Assembly (NCBI GenBank): GCA_036918135.1 | Contig: JBALDB010000028.1 | Coordinates: 1 to 64,000 of the forward strand | Source of the DNA: Nostoc sp. | Lineage (GTDB): Bacteria > Cyanobacteriota > Cyanobacteriia > Cyanobacteriales > Nostocaceae | Length of the DNA: 64,000 nt | Direction: 5' to 3' | Part shown: positions 60,854 to 64,000 of the stretch, one piece after another | Position numbering within the stretch: the first letter of the stretch is position 1 | How the letters are laid out: each line of letters starts with the position of its first letter | Notes under the pieces: model-generated | Database searches by the model: none | What the model was told of the DNA's origin: nothing | Seen by the model: the letters and a program-made list of their open reading frames with translations, nothing else | Made by a program: the position numbers and the translations under genes

Positions 60854-61633
60854 TCACGCGGCAATCGCAGCTAACAAAAATAAGCTGTCTACCAAAATTG
60901 TGCTTATAACTGCACCACCAAAGGCATACCAGTGTTTTTGGGTTCGACCTAAAGATAAAATTCCCACTGTTAACAGCACTAGGGCGAGAATTATTGCCCA
61001 AGCTTGTCCCCAAGGTGTTTCTACCTGTATTAAAGCGTTTTGTAAAATTTGTGACGTGGTATTTGCATCTGCTATCATGATTTGCCGCCAATAAGGCATC
61101 AAATCTACCATATAAAAATATACATCTGTTAAAACTGTACCGAATAGAGAACCTAAATAAAACCAGCTACCTACCTTTCCCCAATTTTTTGCCAAACACC
61201 AACAAGCAAATGGTAAACCGATAGACTCTATCGGTAGATGCCATAGAGGTTCCCAACGTAACCAACCCCAGTAAATTGCTCCTGCTAACCAACTCCAACT
61301 AAACCCGAAAAGCAAATCTCCCCAGAGATATGTTGCAGGACGTGACATTAATGTAAAACTTAGCCACACCCAAAATCCTGTCAGCGCTAAACTCAAACTT
61401 GGTAGCGATCGCACTATTGGTGCTTCTATAAATACGGGCACTGATACCAAAAATACCGCCGCCGCAAATACTAGCCATGTTTGTCGAGCAGAGATAAATA
61501 AAGGCACAGAAGGAGAAGACAAAAGTGTAGACTCCAATTGCGCGATATCTGTATGCTTAGTGCCAGATACATCCAACTCGGTATCAATAGAAGGAATAGC
61601 AGCGATGTAGGAGGACAATGTATTATTAATCAA
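60854..61633 (-). CDS. DUF3120 membrane protein
   Basis: FLVSVPVFIEAPIVR, GFSWSWLAGAIYWGWLRWEPLWHLPIE. Confidence 0.88.
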   Translation of the reverse strand: MINNTLSSYIAAIPSIDTELDVSGTKHTDIAQLESTLLSSPSVPLFISARQTWLVFAAAVFLVSVPVFIEAPIVRSLPSLSLALTGFWVWLSFTLMSRPATYLWGDLLFGFSWSWLAGAIYWGWLRWEPLWHLPIESIGLPFACWCLAKNWGKVGSWFYLGSLFGTVLTDVYFYMVDLMPYWRQIMIADANTTSQILQNALIQVETPWGQAWAIILALVLLTVGILSLGRTQKHWYAFGGAVISTILVDSLFLLAAIAA

Positions 61634-61817
61634 AGTTTTTAATATTTGTTACTAAACTTTATTTTACTTAAAATATCATAAATCAAAATCCCCTTGGGGG
61701 GCATTTTGATTTTACCTGGATTTTGCGTAGGTTGGATGTCGCCCGGAAAAACTGATGACAACAACGTAAAGTTGGATAATTCACAAAAGTATGTATATTT
61801 AGTAGGAGTCTCAATTA

Positions 61818-62729
61818 ATGGTGACAAATTGGCTATTCCCCCAACTGCTACAGGTGGGAGTATCGCATCTAGCTGTAGCTTCCAGTCCAGTCAACTTGAT
61901 AGAGCAACTGTTTCAAGCATTTATTCTGGGCATTGTCCAAGGAATTACAGAATTTTTGCCGATTAGCAGTACAGCTCATCTGCAAGTGTTCACTCAGGCT
62001 TTTCACTGGGAAACACTGGGATCGAAACCTTTTCTGGCGACAATTCAATTTGGCAGTGTGATTGCTGTCTTAATCTATTTTCGGACAGATATTACCCTGA
62101 TATTAACGGGAGGCTTGAAAGCTATTCGTGAAAAAGACTGGCAGCGAGAAGAATGGAAATTATTAGTGGGGATAGCAATAGGAACTCTGCCTGCTTTGGT
62201 TGGGGGATTTCTCCTGAAAAAAGCACTCAACGACGAAAATTCAACGATTAATAGTATGACTACCATCGCGATCGCTTCAATCGTGATGGCGCTTTTACTG
62301 GGTGCAGCTGAAAAATTAGGCAGTCGCAAACGAGATTTTAACTCTGTAACAATTGTTGATGGATTGCTAATCGGGCTAGGGCAAATGCTAGCTTTAGTAC
62401 CAGGTGTATCGCGTTCTGGCTCAACTTTAACAACTGCATTATTTTTGGGGCTAGAGAGGCAAACAGCAGCGAGATTTTCCTTTCTATTAGGAATTCCCAC
62501 CTTAACAATTGCTACTTTATATGAATTTTTTAAAGAGGCACTAGGAAAAATTGACTTAGTAGTGGTAATAGTAGGAACTCTATCAGCGTTTGTATTTTCA
62601 TATATATCGATCGCCTGGTTGTTGCGATATCTTCAAACTAAAAACACTTGGATATTTGTGTGGTATCGCTTGGGATTTGCGGCAGTAATCTTGAGTGCGA
62701 TTGCTAGAGGATTTTTGCAAAATAGTTAA
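61818..62729 (+). CDS. uppP: Undecaprenyl-diphosphate phosphatase
   Basis: QGITEFLPISSTAHL, PGVSRSGST, AARFSFLLGIP. Confidence 0.95.
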   Translation: MVTNWLFPQLLQVGVSHLAVASSPVNLIEQLFQAFILGIVQGITEFLPISSTAHLQVFTQAFHWETLGSKPFLATIQFGSVIAVLIYFRTDITLILTGGLKAIREKDWQREEWKLLVGIAIGTLPALVGGFLLKKALNDENSTINSMTTIAIASIVMALLLGAAEKLGSRKRDFNSVTIVDGLLIGLGQMLALVPGVSRSGSTLTTALFLGLERQTAARFSFLLGIPTLTIATLYEFFKEALGKIDLVVVIVGTLSAFVFSYISIAWLLRYLQTKNTWIFVWYRLGFAAVILSAIARGFLQNS

Positions 62730-62852
62730 TAGTCCTTTGTCATTAGTCCTTCTTCCAAAGCAAATGACTAATGACCAATGACCAAGCGCAAAGTCTGAGC
62801 GGAGGTTTCCTCCGATCGGAACTTTGTAAGAATAACCAATGACTAATGACCA

Positions 62853-64000
62853 ATGACTACCATTCAACCTGCCCGCATTACCAGAGTATTACCTGATTCC
62901 ATAGCCGCAGAGATTGGCTTTGAGGCGGGGGATGCGATCGTTGCTATTAATGGTACGCGTCCCCGCGATTTAATTGATTATCAATTTTTATGTGCTGATG
63001 AAGTCCTGGAACTAGAAGTTTTAGACGCTGTTGGTAAAACCCATCACATTGAAATTGAAAAAGACTACGACCAAGATTTGGGGCTAGAATTTGCAACTGC
63101 CTTATTTGATGGCTTAATTCAGTGCAATAACCACTGTCCCTTTTGCTTTATCGACCAACAACCACCAGGTAAGCGTTCTAGTTTGTATTTGAAAGATGAT
63201 GATTATCGTCTGAGCTTTTTGTACGGCTCTTATCTAACCCTCACCAATCTACCAGAAAAAGAATGGCGACGCATTGAACAAATGCGTTTGTCTCCGTTGT
63301 ATGTTTCCGTTCATGCCACGGAGGCGGATGTGAGAATTAGATTGCTAAAAAATCCGCGTGCAGGACAAATTTTGCAACAACTCAAGTGGTTTCAACAAAG
63401 GCGACTCCAAATTCATGCCCAAGTCGTTGTTTGTCCTGGCATAAATGATGGCGAACATCTCGAACAAACTCTTAAAGATTTAGCCTCCTTTCATACTGGT
63501 GAAGTACCCACAGTGGCATCAGTGGCAGTTGTACCAGTTGGGTTGACACGATTTCGTCCCCAAGAAGATAAACTTACACCCGTAACTAGGGAAAAAGCTA
63601 AAGAAGTGATTTCCCAAGTCAAAATGCTTTCGCAACAATTTCGCCAGCAATTCGACTCTAGCGTTGCTTGGTTAGCCGATGAGTGGTTTTTGATTGCAGG
63701 CGAAGAATTACCAAGCGAATCTGAATATGAAGAATATCCCCAAATTGATAACGGTGTTGGTTCAATTCAATTATTTCTCAAACAATTTGCCACCGCTGCG
63801 GCAGAATTATTACCAGCAAAAATCTATCCTCAAAGAAAACTTACTTGGGTAGTGGGTAATACCGTAGAAAAAGCATTTCAACCAATTTTGAAGCGTTTAA
63901 ATTTGGTTGAAGGTTTAGAAGTAAATATGCGTGCTTTATCTAGTGATTACTGGGGACAAGATATTAGTGTTACAGGATTACTAACTGGTCATGACTTGCT
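62853..64000 (+). CDS. TIGR03279 family radical SAM/PDZ protein (partial, runs off window)
   Basis: MTTIQPARITRVLPDSIAAEIGFEAGD..., CNNHCPFCFIDQQP, KDDDYRLSFLYGSY. Open to the end of the window. Confidence 0.9.
   Translation, partial: MTTIQPARITRVLPDSIAAEIGFEAGDAIVAINGTRPRDLIDYQFLCADEVLELEVLDAVGKTHHIEIEKDYDQDLGLEFATALFDGLIQCNNHCPFCFIDQQPPGKRSSLYLKDDDYRLSFLYGSYLTLTNLPEKEWRRIEQMRLSPLYVSVHATEADVRIRLLKNPRAGQILQQLKWFQQRRLQIHAQVVVCPGINDGEHLEQTLKDLASFHTGEVPTVASVAVVPVGLTRFRPQEDKLTPVTREKAKEVISQVKMLSQQFRQQFDSSVAWLADEWFLIAGEELPSESEYEEYPQIDNGVGSIQLFLKQFATAAAELLPAKIYPQRKLTWVVGNTVEKAFQPILKRLNLVEGLEVNMRALSSDYWGQDISVTGLLTGHDL

Overview
A 64-kb chromosomal window from a heterocyst-forming cyanobacterium (Nostoc-type). 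The evidence is abundant HIP1 (GCGATCGC), STRR heptamer repeats, devH, psbU, psb27 and ndhD1/ndhF1. Most genes are housekeeping or photosynthetic: clpP, mobA, psb27, cofH, ndhD1, ndhF1, trxC, a Z-ISO/NnrU homolog, an RbcR/PacR LysR regulator, devH, polA, rimO-crhR, btpA, VKOR, nadB, psbU and uppP. Less ordinary parts: (i) a metal-uptake cluster, with a structured cobalamin-riboswitch-like leader, cbtB, a non-CbtA membrane protein and DUF1636, followed by a Fur-box-like site, a Tat two-domain multicopper oxidase, an HhH lipoprotein, an atypical ferritin-like protein and FTR1; (ii) a decayed 3-kb defence/TA islet between ndhF1 and ndhD1; (iii) a membrane Ser/Thr kinase followed by two solute-binding proteins that share an MSQKNE+TM anchor, with no ABC permease or ATPase (candidate split receptor kinase); (iv) a CHASE2-PAS-GGDEF receptor followed by a tiny secreted protein ending in YIPPNYGGPDSQHGSGTR (candidate peptide-ligand/receptor pair); (v) a Yfr2 sRNA, several MITEs and nested small dispersed repeats. 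All family assignments come from recognising motifs by eye; no searches were run.
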